Shown here piece after piece: positions 1 to 11,231 of a DNA stretch of 64,000 nucleotides. The stretch comes from Ginglymostoma cirratum. Lineage: Eukaryota. The stretch is taken from contig JAHRHZ010000111.1 in NCBI GenBank assembly GCA_024137785.1, forward strand, positions 4,855,380-4,919,379, in the 5' to 3' direction. The translations under genes were made by a program, and so were the position numbers. Below the pieces are notes generated by a model, which saw only the letters and a program-made list of their open reading frames with translations, searched no databases and was not told the origin of the DNA. The stretch's first letter is position 1. Every line of letters starts with the position of its first letter.

Positions 1-945
1 TATCTGAAGCACAGTAATTGGAAATGAGGTGAGATGGCTGTCTCCAGCTTTGCCTACCACGGGACTTCATCAGCGTAGAGGTGGGAGAATAGTGGGCTCA
101 ACATCAACACCTCCCTGCCAGATTAAATACCCCCAAACCCTCTCCACTATCAAACTCATCAGAGGGGACAATATTAAATTTTGCTTTTATTATAACCATT
201 AATGAACCAGGTCATAGTAATCACAGAAATTATATATTAAAAAAATGATTACTTACAGGACAAAATTACTCAAAAGTCTTCAAAATGATTATGGAAAATG
301 TGAGCCAGATAAAACTTGGTCCTCAAGGCAACCTTAAATTATTAAAAGGAATTTAAATAATTTATGGGTAAATCAATTTCACAATAACTACAGGGAGAGC
401 AAAGTAATTAGCACTAGCATTAGTCTCATAGGACAGGATGAGTAAAAGACATAATATACATTTATGCATAACATCCAGAATGACCTGTCTATTGTTTTTT
501 GAGAATTAATATTTGCCAAGGCTGTATTTGCATTCTGTGATTCATACCCCAAATGATCTTGGTCTGGGGAAACTGGCACATGAAAATTATTCCTTCAATT
601 TTGCTTCATTTTATAATTTTCCCTTTATTTTCCAACTCCGTTTGCTATTTGCTCCGCTGCTAACATCTATCTTTCTCCAAGTCTGAAGGTTAGTTTCTAC
701 CCGCTGTTCACCTGCCACCTCCACTGTAGAGACCAATTTTTCTTTACCCTGCTCTTACAGAGGTGGAACAAGATCCACCATCTCAATGTCGCCAAGCTCC
801 CAGGACCATCTCCTGGGTCAGGAATCAAGGAGTATTCGCAGTAGAACAAAGAGAAGTTGAAAGAAATTATTGAGGGAAATAAAGGGTAAAAGCAAAGCCT
901 TCAGCTGCTAAGGTATCTCTGTCAGTTACTCTGAAGGTGAGGGAT

Positions 946-1174
946 GGGTGGCATGGTGGCACTGTGGTTAGCACTGCTGTCTCACAACACCAGGGACCCA
1001 GGTTCAATTCTAACCGTGGGTGACTGTCTGTGCAGAATTTACACATTCTTCCCCAGTCTTTGTGTGTTTCTGCCAGATGCTGTGCTTTCCTTCCAAAATC
1101 TCAGGATGTGCAGGTTGGGTGGATTGGCTACACTAAATTGCCCCATAATGTTGAGGGATTTCAGGCTAGGTGGA
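946..1174 (+). mobile_element. HE1/V-SINE-type tRNA-derived SINE, 5' half (interrupted by CR1 insertion)
   Basis: tRNA-like head with A box (tggcactgtgg) and B box (ggttcaattc); matches copies at 9408, 39154, 49821, 59016; sequence resumes at 2118. Confidence 0.85.
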
Positions 1175-2117
1175 CTGAACAAAGAGATGCCTGAACAGGC
1201 AAGTGATAAATAATTACAAAGTTCAGTGATTGCTTCTGCTTTTGTATTTACTTCTGTAATACATTAGTTCATCTCAAAATCTTGCATTCATTTTCTACAC
1301 TTCGCAATCTTCTTTTTGCATTTGAGGGAGATGCCGATGTCAGATTTGATACAGCCAGATGCTGAACTTTTAAGCATGACCTACAATCTGTTTCCTCTGT
1401 CTTTTCGGTTGAGATCCATAATGGTGTTGGAGTGCAGGTTCATAGTGCCTTGAAAGTGGTGTTGCAGGTAAATAGGACAGTGAAGGAGGCATTTGGTATA
1501 CTTACCTTTATTGGTCAGTGGACTGAGTATAGGAGTGGGGAGGTCGTGTTGCAGCTTATACAAGACATTGGCTTGGCCACTTTTGGAGTATTGCATGCAA
1601 TTATGGTCTCCATCCTACAGGAAGAATGCTAGAAAGGGTTCAGAAAAGATTTACCAGGATGTTGCCAGGGTTGGAGGATTTGAGATATAAGGAGAGGCTG
1701 AATAGGCTGGGGCTATTTTCCCTGGAGCATAGGAGATTGCAGGGTGAACTTATAGAAGTTTATAAAATCATGAGGGGTATGGATAGGGTAAACAGGTAAG
1801 GTCTTTTCCCCAGGGTAGGGGAGTCCAAAACTAGAGGGCATAGGTTTAAAGTGGGAGGGGAAAGATATAAAAGGGACCTAAGGGGCAACTTTTTCACACA
1901 GGGTGGTGCATGTATGGAATGAGCTACCAGAGGAAGTGGTGGAGGCTGGGATGATTATCACATTTAAAAGGCATCTGGATGGGTATATGAATAAGAAGGA
2001 TTCAGAGCGATATGGGCCAAATGCTGGTAAATGGACTAGATTTATATAGGATATCTGGTCGGCATGGATGAGTTGGACCAAATGGTCTGTTTCCAAGCTG
2101 TATGTCTTTGACTCTGT
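1175..2117 (+). mobile_element. CR1 LINE 3' fragment (RT C-terminus plus 3' UTR), containing a 240-bp non-CR1 patch at 1191-1430
   Basis: ORF pieces VHSALKVVLQVNRTVKEAFGILTFIGQWTEYRS and LLEYCMQLWSP are typical of the CR1 ORF2 C-terminus; ends in a decayed (tatgactc)n-like tail. Confidence 0.9.
1191..1430 (+). repeat. Direct duplicate of 3218-3458
   Basis: ctgaacaggcaagtgataaataa...ataatggtgt(t/c)gg aligns colinearly with 3218-3458. Confidence 0.95.
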
Positions 2118-2239
2118 GATTAGCCGTGGTAAATGTGAGGTTACGGGATGGAGTGGGGAGGGGGCATGGTGGGTGCTCTTCAGAGGATCAGTGCAGACTC
2201 AGTCGAATCCCCTCTATCTGCACTGTAGGAATTCTATGA
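2118..2239 (+). mobile_element. HE1-type SINE, 3' half
   Basis: gattagcc...ctcttcagagg...tgcactgtaggaattctatga continues the SINE broken at 1174. Confidence 0.75.
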
Positions 2240-3217
2240 GGCCTTCACTAGTCAACTAGCCACTTCCTGTCCACTCAGTGTCATTCAGTCCTTCTACTTC
2301 TTCATAGGGAGCACAGAGTAATTGCCTCACAACTTATAAGGTATTTGACTTATTGGTTAAAAGCAACAGCTTACAGAAAATGGTGGGAGATAACGAACAG
2401 TGTTTTTTCAAGCTTTATATGTATTTTACTGAGAAAGAAAGAGAGAGAGAGAGACAGACATACCACCTGCCCTTTCAGCAGTCTGAAGTTTTCTGTCAGT
2501 ATCATTCACACCCACAAACTGTTAAGCCATCCCGGAGCAAAACAGATTGTTGTTGTCAGGATGATAACCTTTAGCATCCACAACTGGTCACAACTCCACA
2601 AGTCAATCTGTGACCTGTTGCTGGCTGAATCTCACTTTGTACACAGACCCCCATGCTGGTCCATTACAAACATACTCACTCCCTACCTCTCAGCCTGAAC
2701 AAAGCAGCATTGTAAACACCACACAAAAAGAGTCAAATATACAATTTTGCAATTCAAAAAAATGTATAAAAGTATGGAATTTTATTTCCTTTGTCACTTT
2801 CTGTAAGACAGTCCTTTTTCCAGTTTAGTCCACAGTCAAAAATATAGAAAATATAAGTTGGTGGTGGAAGAGTGAATATTTAATATGATAAATAGGGTTC
2901 CAATCAAACTTATCAATGTATGGATGGGAGGAACAATCAAGAAAGCAAATGCTTTCCAATGAAAACACAGATTTAATTTGCAGAATACAGCATTTGTTGT
3001 TAAACAATGATTTTGCTGTGATCAAATTGCTATGATTATGATACAATCATAAATATTAAGTACTATAATGTTTAGGGAAAATTATGAGACTTTTTCTACA
3101 GCCCCTGGAGTCTATTATTGGTGTTTATCATTATTCTAGCTGACTGAGCATGTTTTCCATTTGTGATGTTTAAAGATTCAGGACAGTTAGCATCCCATCA
3201 CTCGAACAGTTTTTCCA

Positions 3218-3458
3218 CTGAACAGGCAAGTGATAAATAACGACAAAGTTCAGTGATTGCTTCTGCTTTTGTATTCACTTCTGTAATATATTAGTTCATC
3301 CCAAAATCTTGCATTCATTTTCTACACTTTCCACTCCCCTTTTTGCATTTGCGGGAGATACTGATGTCAGATTTGATACAGCCAGTTACTGACCTTTTAA
3401 GCTTGATCTATGATAGTGTTCTCTCTGTCTTTTAGGTTGAGACCCATAATGGTGTCGG
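3218..3458 (+). repeat. Probable donor copy of the 1191-1430 duplicate
   Basis: Direct alignment; this copy lies in unique sequence context. Confidence 0.95.
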
Positions 3459-3944
3459 CGGGCGGGAGGCCCACACTCCCGCCTATTAGCTGCATCAAGG
3501 GCAATGTCGGAGAACGTTGTCTTTCAGCACTGGTTGCAACTTTCCCACATCTGTATCCAGTATATATCTTCCATTTAATTGATTTTGCCTACCATGGAGA
3601 GGCATCAGAGATATGTAAACTTTACTGATATGCGCCCACCTGTCTCTCTCAGCCCCAGATCAGTTGTGAAGTCAATGAACAACACAGGTACATGCTAGCT
3701 GGGCTGACTCTGAGGTGAAAATATTGATCAAAGCAGCATGAATATTGCAAGCTGTCTGAATGCATATATGAGGTGCGTGAGATGCTTGTCCTGACACAAT
3801 CAGACTTCTAAACGATTAAGGCTGTTTGTTGTTTGAGGCAGTTCAGTTGCAGTCATGAAGGTAGGCTGGTTAGAGGGTCCGAGATAACAAGCATGGGGCT
3901 GGATGAACACAGCAGGTCAAGCAGCATCACAGGAGCAGGAAAAC

Positions 3945-3976
3945 TTGACGTTTCGGGCCTAAACCCTTCATCAGAA
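3945..3976 (-). ncRNA. Minimal type I hammerhead ribozyme motif in the PLE terminal repeat (left arm)
   Basis: Reverse complement reads ttCTGATGAagggtttaggcccGAAAcGTCaa. Confidence 0.75.
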
Positions 3977-4229
3977 ATGGGGGAGGGGAAGAGGGTTCTG
4001 AAATAAATAGGGAGAAAGGGGGAGGTGGATAGAGGATGGATAGAGGAGAGGATAGGTGGAGAGGAGGCAGACAAGTCGAAGAGGCGGGGATGGAGCCAGT
4101 GAAGGTGAGTGTAGGTAGGGGGTTAGGGAGGAGATAGGTCAGTCCAGGGAGGACGGACAGGTCAAGGGGGCGGGATGATGTTAGTAGATAGGAGATGGGG
4201 GTGTGGCTTGAGGTGAGAGGAAAAACAGG

Positions 4230-4633
4230 TTAGGGAGGTGGAGATGAGCTGGGCTGGTTTTGGGATGCGGTTGGGGGAGGGGAGATTTTGAAGCTTGTGA
4301 AATCCACATTGATGCCATTGGGCTGCAGGGTTCCCAGGCTGAATATGATTTGCTGTACCTGCAGCCTTCGGGTGGCATCACTGTGGCATTGTAGGAGGCC
4401 AAGGATGGACATGTCATCTGAGGAATGGGAGGGGGAGTTGAAATGGTTCGCGACTGGGAGGTGCAGTTGTTTGTTGCGAACTGAGCGCAGGTGTTCTGCA
4501 AAGCGGTCCCCAAGCCTGCGCTTGGTTTCCCCGATGTAGAGGAAGCCACAACGGGTACAGCGGATGCAGTATACCACATTGGCAGATGTGCAGGTGAGCC
4601 TCTGCCTGATGTGGAAAGTCTTCTTGGGGCCTG
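4230..4633 (-). pseudogene. Penelope GIY-YIG endonuclease domain (C-terminal ORF fragment, 5'-truncated)
   Basis: FHIRQRLTCTSANVVYCIRCTRCGFLYIGETKRRLGDRFAEH...VANHF...LGTLQPNGIN shows the PLE VVY-CxxC-YIG signature; no native start codon. Confidence 0.92.
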
Positions 4634-5106
4634 AAACCATTTCAACTCCCCCTCCCATTCGTCAGATGACATGTCCATCCTTGGCCTCCTGCAATGCCAC
4701 AGTGATGCCACCCGAAGGCTGCAGGAACAGCAAATCATATTCAGCCTGGGAACCCTGCAGCCCAATGGCATCAATGTGGATTTCACAAGCTTCAAAATCT
4801 CCCCTCCCCCAACCGCACCCCAAAACCAGCCCAGCTCATCTCCACCTCCCTAACCTGTTTTTCCTCTCACCTCAAGCCACACCCCCATCTCCTATCTACT
4901 AACATCATCCCGCCCCCTTGACCTGTCCGTCCTCCCTGGACTAACCTATCTCCTCCCTACCCCCCTACCTACACTCACCTTCACTGGCTCCATCCCCGCC
5001 TCTTCGACTTGTCTGCCTCCTCTCCACCTATCCTCTCCTCTATCCATCTTCTATCTACCTCCCCCTTTCTCCCTATTTATTTCAGAACCCTCTTCCCCTC
5101 CCCCAT

Positions 5107-5138
5107 TTCTGATGAAGGGTTTAGGCCCGAAACGTCAA
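5107..5138 (+). ncRNA. Minimal type I hammerhead ribozyme motif in the PLE terminal repeat (right arm)
   Basis: CUGAUGA (5109-5115), extra A, stem II gggu/gccc with a uuag loop, GAAA (5129-5132), palindromic ACGU in place of stem III, GUC triplet at 5134-5136. Confidence 0.78.
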
Positions 5139-6489
5139 GTTTTCCTGCTCCTGTGATGCTGCTTGACCTGCTGTGTTCATCCAGCCCCATGCTTGTTATC
5201 TCAGATTCTCCAGCATCTGCAGTACCTTTTATCTCTGGTTAGAGGGTCCTCCTGGATTCTCTGGGACATTAGAAAGCCATTAGACCCTCTAGCCATCCAC
5301 CCAACCACACTCCACACCTTCTCTGCAATCTGCCTGATCGCCCATGCCAAATTATAACTTCTCGTACCCCCATGCCCCTCAATGCCCCAACATATACCCC
5401 CATAAATGTTCCCTCTATGATATGCAGCCGAGTAGCTGCTAGGAAGCGCTGCACATCAATCATCGTACATGACCTGTGCTTCTGGAACCTGCAGCTGCAT
5501 GGACCACGGAGATCCATACAGGAGGAAGAAAACTTAGAGGAAACGTTGCCCGTCATACTCGTCCATGCCTCCCATGTATTCTCAATGGACAATTACTCAT
5601 TATCTGCTGAAAGTGGACAATTGTCTTGTAATGATGAAAACTAACTTCGAACAATCTAATGAAGATCTTATTCAAGCGTAATTGAATATGAAAATTCTTG
5701 AATTCATGAAACATTGTCAAAACGTAAGTTATACAAATGGTTCATCATTGTAAAATAAACAAACATGTTTGTTACAAACCACATCAACGACAGCTGATCT
5801 TTTGATAACATTTTAAAATTGCCAATCAAAATGTCAACTCACCCTACTGATAAGTAAGTCACTCTGAACCTCTTGAAAATCAGCTAAACATTCATAATGG
5901 ACTAGTTATACAATAATTCTCTGCAAATGGGTGGAAAAGATGTCTACTGAGATTGTAAAAACAGTGGACAATGAACTTCTTTTCTGTAATAGGAAGCCTC
6001 TCAATCAGTAGTCTTGAGTTACAGATGTCCATTTTTATCCTCGGGTGAAAGTTACAGATTCCTTTTTGCATTTTTAAAGGTTTGGGGATTTAACCTACTG
6101 CAGGTCATAAAACTTAAACAGTCCACAGATCCCCCCCTTCAGAAATGTTTATGTTTCCTTCATAAAATCATAGTTCCCACACTGCATGTTAAAGGGTCTT
6201 GAAATAATGCAATTCGGGTCTGCCTGAGTCACGAATGCATTTCAAATGGTCCAATCAATTTGTGTTTCACACCTCTGAAATTCACAATTTGCTCACTACC
6301 CCCTACCAAGAAAAATAGCATCTGCCAGGTAAAAGGTCAGAATTTCTGCATCCAATTCCTTTCCACCATTTTTGAAGGTCTGTTGAGTCATCCCAACTCA
6401 GTGAAAAACAAGCCATTGCTCTAAGGTTAGTACATTAAAATTAAGCCCACAAGTGGATGCAAAATAAATGACTATAATTTCAGAGCCGG

Positions 6490-6700
6490 AATTATCCCTT
6501 TTGTTCTGAGCAATTCTTAATCCTCAACAAATGCCATTAAAGTAGTTGAACAGTCTCAATAGTTGATTGTCCACTTGCTTTTTGTGGGAGCTTGTTGCAC
6601 ACGAGTGGTGGCTATACATTGAAAAGACTTTGCTAGTGGAGAAGTATTTTCGAAAAGCCTGAGGTGCTAACCAATGCCATATAACTGCAGCTTATCCCTT
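6490..6700 (+). mobile_element. Old SINE remnant, Deu-domain/SacSINE-like
   Basis: tcctcaacaaa...tttgtgggagcttgttgcacac...ccatataactgcag resembles the reverse complement of 36630-37035. Confidence 0.5.
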
Positions 6701-8804
6701 TATTCTGTTTTCTTACTGTCAGAGGAGCATTTTTTTTGTCATAATTTAAATCAAACAGTGTCCCAAAGGTATTAAGTTGCAGCAGTGCTATTTCAGTCAA
6801 ATATTTAGATTGATAGTGTTTGTCTTATTTTGTCTTTGCTTCCTCTACGCTTTGCAATGATTTCCTAGCCAGTCTGTTGTTTGAGAGGAAATCCCAGTTG
6901 TACAGAACAGAAAAGTCTGAAGTGGTCCTGGTCTGCTATTCTAAGAGCAACACAGCTCAAGCAGTAGAAGTACATTGTAAAATCTGGCAGGATTTGAGAC
7001 CCTTTTTGTATTCCATCAATCCTGATTAAAAACCCATTTAGTGGATATTTGAATTAAAGTTTGAGGGTAGTTTGAGCAAACTTGTTGAGTATTTCACAAA
7101 GTTAAGAATAGTGATCAGGTGATCTATTTAAGGAGTAAAAAACATAGAAAGGATCCATTCAAGAAAATATGGAGAAACTGTTTGGACAGAAGTAATCAGA
7201 CAAAGCAGAGCAATACATCATGGAATTAGAGCTGGCTGTTCAGGAGCAAAATCAAAATTCAGTCCTTCACAGAAAGGAAGAAGTCTACTGTTAGGCTTTG
7301 GGAGCTTTAGGGTCAGAGAGCAATTGATTACTGGTATAAAATAAATGCCATCAGGCAAAGGAACGTAAGTGGGGTTGAGGTGCAAATTAGCCATGATCTA
7401 ATTGAATAGCAGAGCAAGTCCAAAGGGCTGAATGACCTATTCCTGTTTCCATGGATACCTCTTCCGTCTGCCATTCCAAAATCTTTAGTCATCCAAGATT
7501 CAAGTAGTGTTGATCAACTGAAGCTCAACCCTGCAGTTCAACAGCCCTCCCGCTAAATGGTACTGAGCAAGAGCCTTCAGGTGAAGAAAGGAAAGAAAAG
7601 ACATGACAGTAAAAGTTGTGGACTACAGGCAAAAGGAAATTGCCTGGAAAAAAGGGCAGTGATGCCCCATTTAGCAAACTGAATTCAATTAAATTTCTTT
7701 CCCGTAAAGCAAATTATTATAAATCTGTGACTAATAAAATTCTGTTAATGTGACTAAAAGGTCATTATCCCTCACAAAAAAACCTCTAGCTAATTTTCTG
7801 ACTTTTACATATTTTACCTGGTGCTGAGTCTATATTAATAAAAATGAAGGTCACTGATACAATCGAATGACTCAGTGATTAATCAACTTTAACTTCATTA
7901 TGGTAGCGTCAAACTATAGCAACAATGTTTTACTCACGTTATTCCAGCAGACTTTAAAGAATATGAATTTTTCTTTAACAGATGATGTCAAGACTGTGAT
8001 GATGAAAGGGGGAGTGAATAATTTGAGGCCCTTTTCCTGAGGAAAGAGGAAGTTGTATGGACAAACTACGTATTTACACTTGTAAAAGTCATGCTTCTAA
8101 GGCTAAACTATTACCAAAAAGTAGGGGTTTCACTTGGGCATGAGTAATATTTTGAAGGAGTGGAAATTCACCCTCTCCCGTCATCTTGCTATCACAGAGA
8201 GGCTATTTTGGAGGTCACGCCTGCCAATACCACCCCAAAAATAGCACAAAAGAAACTAGATAGATTTTTTATTATTGAATATTATTTCAAAGTGACATGA
8301 AATCTTGGTGTTCTGTAATTGTACAAATTATTTCGAATCCATTTTAACGACTTACATTGATGCATTTTGCTGTTTATTTTTCCAACAGCAGCCATATCTT
8401 GAGCTGTTCTCTGTACCCTTTTGTGCTTGGGGCTCTGCAGGAGCTGCAGAGAACAATTCTTCCAGTTTCCAAGGTTCTTCTCTGAAACCTTGAATCCTCT
8501 AGCTTCTGCACAATCATTTGTTGAGATTGCACAGTAGGCAACTAAGTTTGAACTGGGATAGCTATCAACTGCTCCTTCCTGATGCCATGATGCCATATCA
8601 GAGTGCACGACTGGTGAGAATACAACATGCACCGATGATGTGGCAGCCTTGGCATCATATGTTGACAAGCACAGACATGATTAGTTGATCAGTTGGTGTG
8701 CTGTTGGGCTATTCTATGAATATCAGAGGGAGTAAGTTTGCACTAGCTTGAGATTGACCTCAGCAGTGAGCAGGTGCATGTGGTAGAACAACACTCAAGT
8801 ATAT

Positions 8805-9175
8805 AAGTCAGTTGAGATATTTGAGTTGACATAAAGATTTGAAAGGGACATTGTAGAGAAGATATTTATGCTTGCGGGAATACAAAAGCTAGGAGTCTTA
8901 AAGATAAGATAGTCTCAAATAAATACAATGGGGAATTGAGATGAAACATTACTCGGAGAGTAATGAGAATGTGAAACTCCTTACTATGTGAAGTAGTTGA
9001 GGTGAATAGCATCACCACTTTTAAAAAATGCATGAAGGAGAAAAGCATAAAAGTTATGCTGATAGAGTGAGATGAAGAAAGGTAGGAAGAGGCTCACATG
9101 AAGCACAAGCACCAGCAAGGATCAATTGATCAATTGAATCAAATGGCCTGTTTTTTTTTTTTCTGCTGTGCATGC
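8805..9175 (+). mobile_element. Old CR1 3' end
   Basis: Decayed 'RVVxxWNxLP..VVEA' region and gaatcaaatggcctgttt tail. Confidence 0.7.
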
Positions 9176-9407
9176 TTTGTAGTTTTCATCTGGCATTTCA
9201 GTTAATAGATTTATTAACACTGCAATTTTACCAGTACTAGACATTTCTGCTGGATTTAAACCCAGGAACCAGCTTTTTTAAAATTTATGAGAATCTATGA
9301 GAACCCTAAGCCCCTCTGTGCTATAGCTTTCTGCATTCTTGGCCATTTATATCATATTTAACTCTTCCTTTATTCCTGCCTAAGTATGCTACATCACAGT
9401 TCCCTTT

Positions 9408-9691
9408 TCATAGTATGCTTACAATGCAAAAAGAAGCCATTCTGCCCATTAAGCCTGCACTAACCCTCTGAAGAACATCCCACCCCTACCCACAACCCTG
9501 TATTTATCATGGCTAATCCACCTAACCTGCACATCTCTTGATTGTGGGACAAATCCAGAGCACCCAGCAGAAACCCTCACAGATACAGGGAGACCGTGCA
9601 AACTCCACAGACAGTCACGGAAGACTGGAATCAAACCCAAGTCCCTGACACTGTGAGGCAGCAGTGCTAACCACTGTACCACTATGCCACC
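9408..9691 (-). mobile_element. HE1-type SINE
   Basis: Reverse complement of the tRNA head (cactgtgaggcagcagtgctaaccactg) and CR1-like tail. Confidence 0.88.
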
Positions 9692-9959
9692 TGTAATGAT
9701 ATATTCCATCTGCTGAGTTTTTGCCTTTGTATTTTGTGCCTCCTATGGTCAGGAGATCCACATCTGAAAGTGCGCTGATTCACCATTCAAAGTTCAGATC
9801 TGATAAGTATCTATCCTCATTATCTATCCCCCTCTTTCTAAAACTGAATAGAACCAACACCTGTGGAAACTGGGCTGCCAGCTGATTTATCTGATTGCCA
9901 AAGAAGCAACACTTCAAATTTATACTCTCAACAGTGCAATAGGATTCAGAAAATGATAA

Positions 9960-10872
9960 GATTGACACCACAAAAATAGATGGAAAGTTAAGTGGTGAAG
10001 ATGACTTGAGATATATATATAGAGAGACAGATATAGGCAGGTGAAGTGAGTGGGAAAGAAACCTGGCAGATGGAATACAATGTGGGGAAATGTGAGCTTA
10101 TGCACTTAGGCATGAAGAAAAGATGAGATGAATATTACTGAAGTTTGAAAAGACCGCAGAAATCTGCAGCACAGAGAGATTTAGGGGTCTTCATTTGGGT
10201 CCAAATTACAAAAAGCTAATATCCCAGTTCAGCTGATAATAGGGAAGGTAAATGGAATGTTAGCCTTTATTGCAAAGGGAATGGAATTCAAAAGTAGGGA
10301 GGTTTCTCTAAAACTATACAAGGCCGCTAGTCAGACCACAGCTGGAATATTGTGAGCAGTTTTGGTCCCCTTAAACAAGGCAAGATAAACTGGCATTGGA
10401 GTCAATCCAGAGAAGGTTTACTGGATTGATTTTAAGTTGGAGGAATTTTCTTATGAGGAGAGATTGAATGGGTTGAGCTTGTATTCACTGGAGTTTATAA
10501 GAATAAGAGGAAACCTTATTGAAATGTCTAAGTTAATTAGGGACCTTGAGAGGAAAAGTGTGAACAGGTTATTTCACCTTGTGCGAGAGCCTAAAACCGG
10601 AGGGCATAATCTCAGAGTAAGGGGTCATCCGTTTAAGACAAATATAAGAATGAATTTAACTCATAGGGTAGTGAATCTGTGGAAATCTTTACTGCAGAGG
10701 ACTGTAGAAATTGAGTCATTAAGTAGAAAGACAGATTTTTAATTCGTAAGAGAAGCAAGGGTAATGGGGACAAGGCAGCCAAGTGAGTTGATTGTCAGAT
10801 CAGCCATTATCTTATTGAATGGCAAAGCAGACTCAATAGACTGACCATCTTCTGCTCTTAATATTTATGGTC
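9960..10872 (+). mobile_element. CR1 LINE 3' fragment
   Basis: ORF 10437-10742 (SYEERLNGLSLYSLEFIRIRGNLIE...RVVNLWKSL); upstream ctggaatattgtgagcagttttggtcccc (LEYCEQFWSP). Confidence 0.9.
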
Positions 10873-11029
10873 ATTTTAAGCAAAGTAGCCTTTCTTCTGC
10901 TTCTTCTTCGAGTCTTCATCCCAACTCCATAGTTAGCTCCCCCCACCGTGATGCTGTCCTGCTCACAGCAGCTTATTCTCTGCCCTCAAGGCATTAGAGA
11001 TGATCCATTCTGATATCTCATAAGAAAAG

Positions 11030-11231
11030 ATAGCAAGAACTGCAGATGCTGGAGTCAGAGACAACACAGTATGGAGCTAGAGCAACACGGCAGGCCAGGC
11101 AGCATCAGAGCAGCAGAAAAGTTGACATTTTGGATTTCTGAAGAAGAGTCCTGACCCAAAATGTCAACTTTCCTACTCCTCTGATGCAGCCTGGCCTGCT
11201 GCCTTCCTCCAGCTCCAAAATGTATTGTCTC
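11030..11231. mobile_element. Mini-PLE inverted dimer of the terminal repeat
   Basis: Minus arm 11030-11133 includes the tail; plus arm starts at tttctgaagaag (11135); diverged TSD tctcataagaaaag / tctcatatgaacag (11016-11029, 11228-11241). Confidence 0.85.

Larger units (their letters stand above)
3881..5234. mobile_element. Penelope-like element (PLE), 5'-truncated, with a long inverted 5' segment (palindrome)
   Basis: Inverted arms 3881-4448 and 4635-5202; 32-nt tail 5203-5234; flanked by a perfect 15-bp TSD ctggttagagggtcc (3866-3880, 5235-5249); encodes GIY-YIG endonuclease. Confidence 0.95.

Noticed and set aside
737-915. Strong polypyrimidine/AG acceptor at 760 with possible downstream GT donors
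   Set aside because: All three frames hit stops by about 873 and no protein similarity was recognised; cannot support a coding exon
946-1015. tRNA gene
   Set aside because: A/B boxes belong to a SINE head; no full cloverleaf or terminator. The same applies to the other SINE heads
4181-4902. 204-aa and 112-aa ORFs as novel genes
   Set aside because: They are alternative-frame or antisense read-throughs created by the Penelope inversion junction
8282-8668. 128-aa minus-strand ORF
   Set aside because: Non-ATG start, no recognisable domain or clear splice sites; chance ORF or old transposon debris
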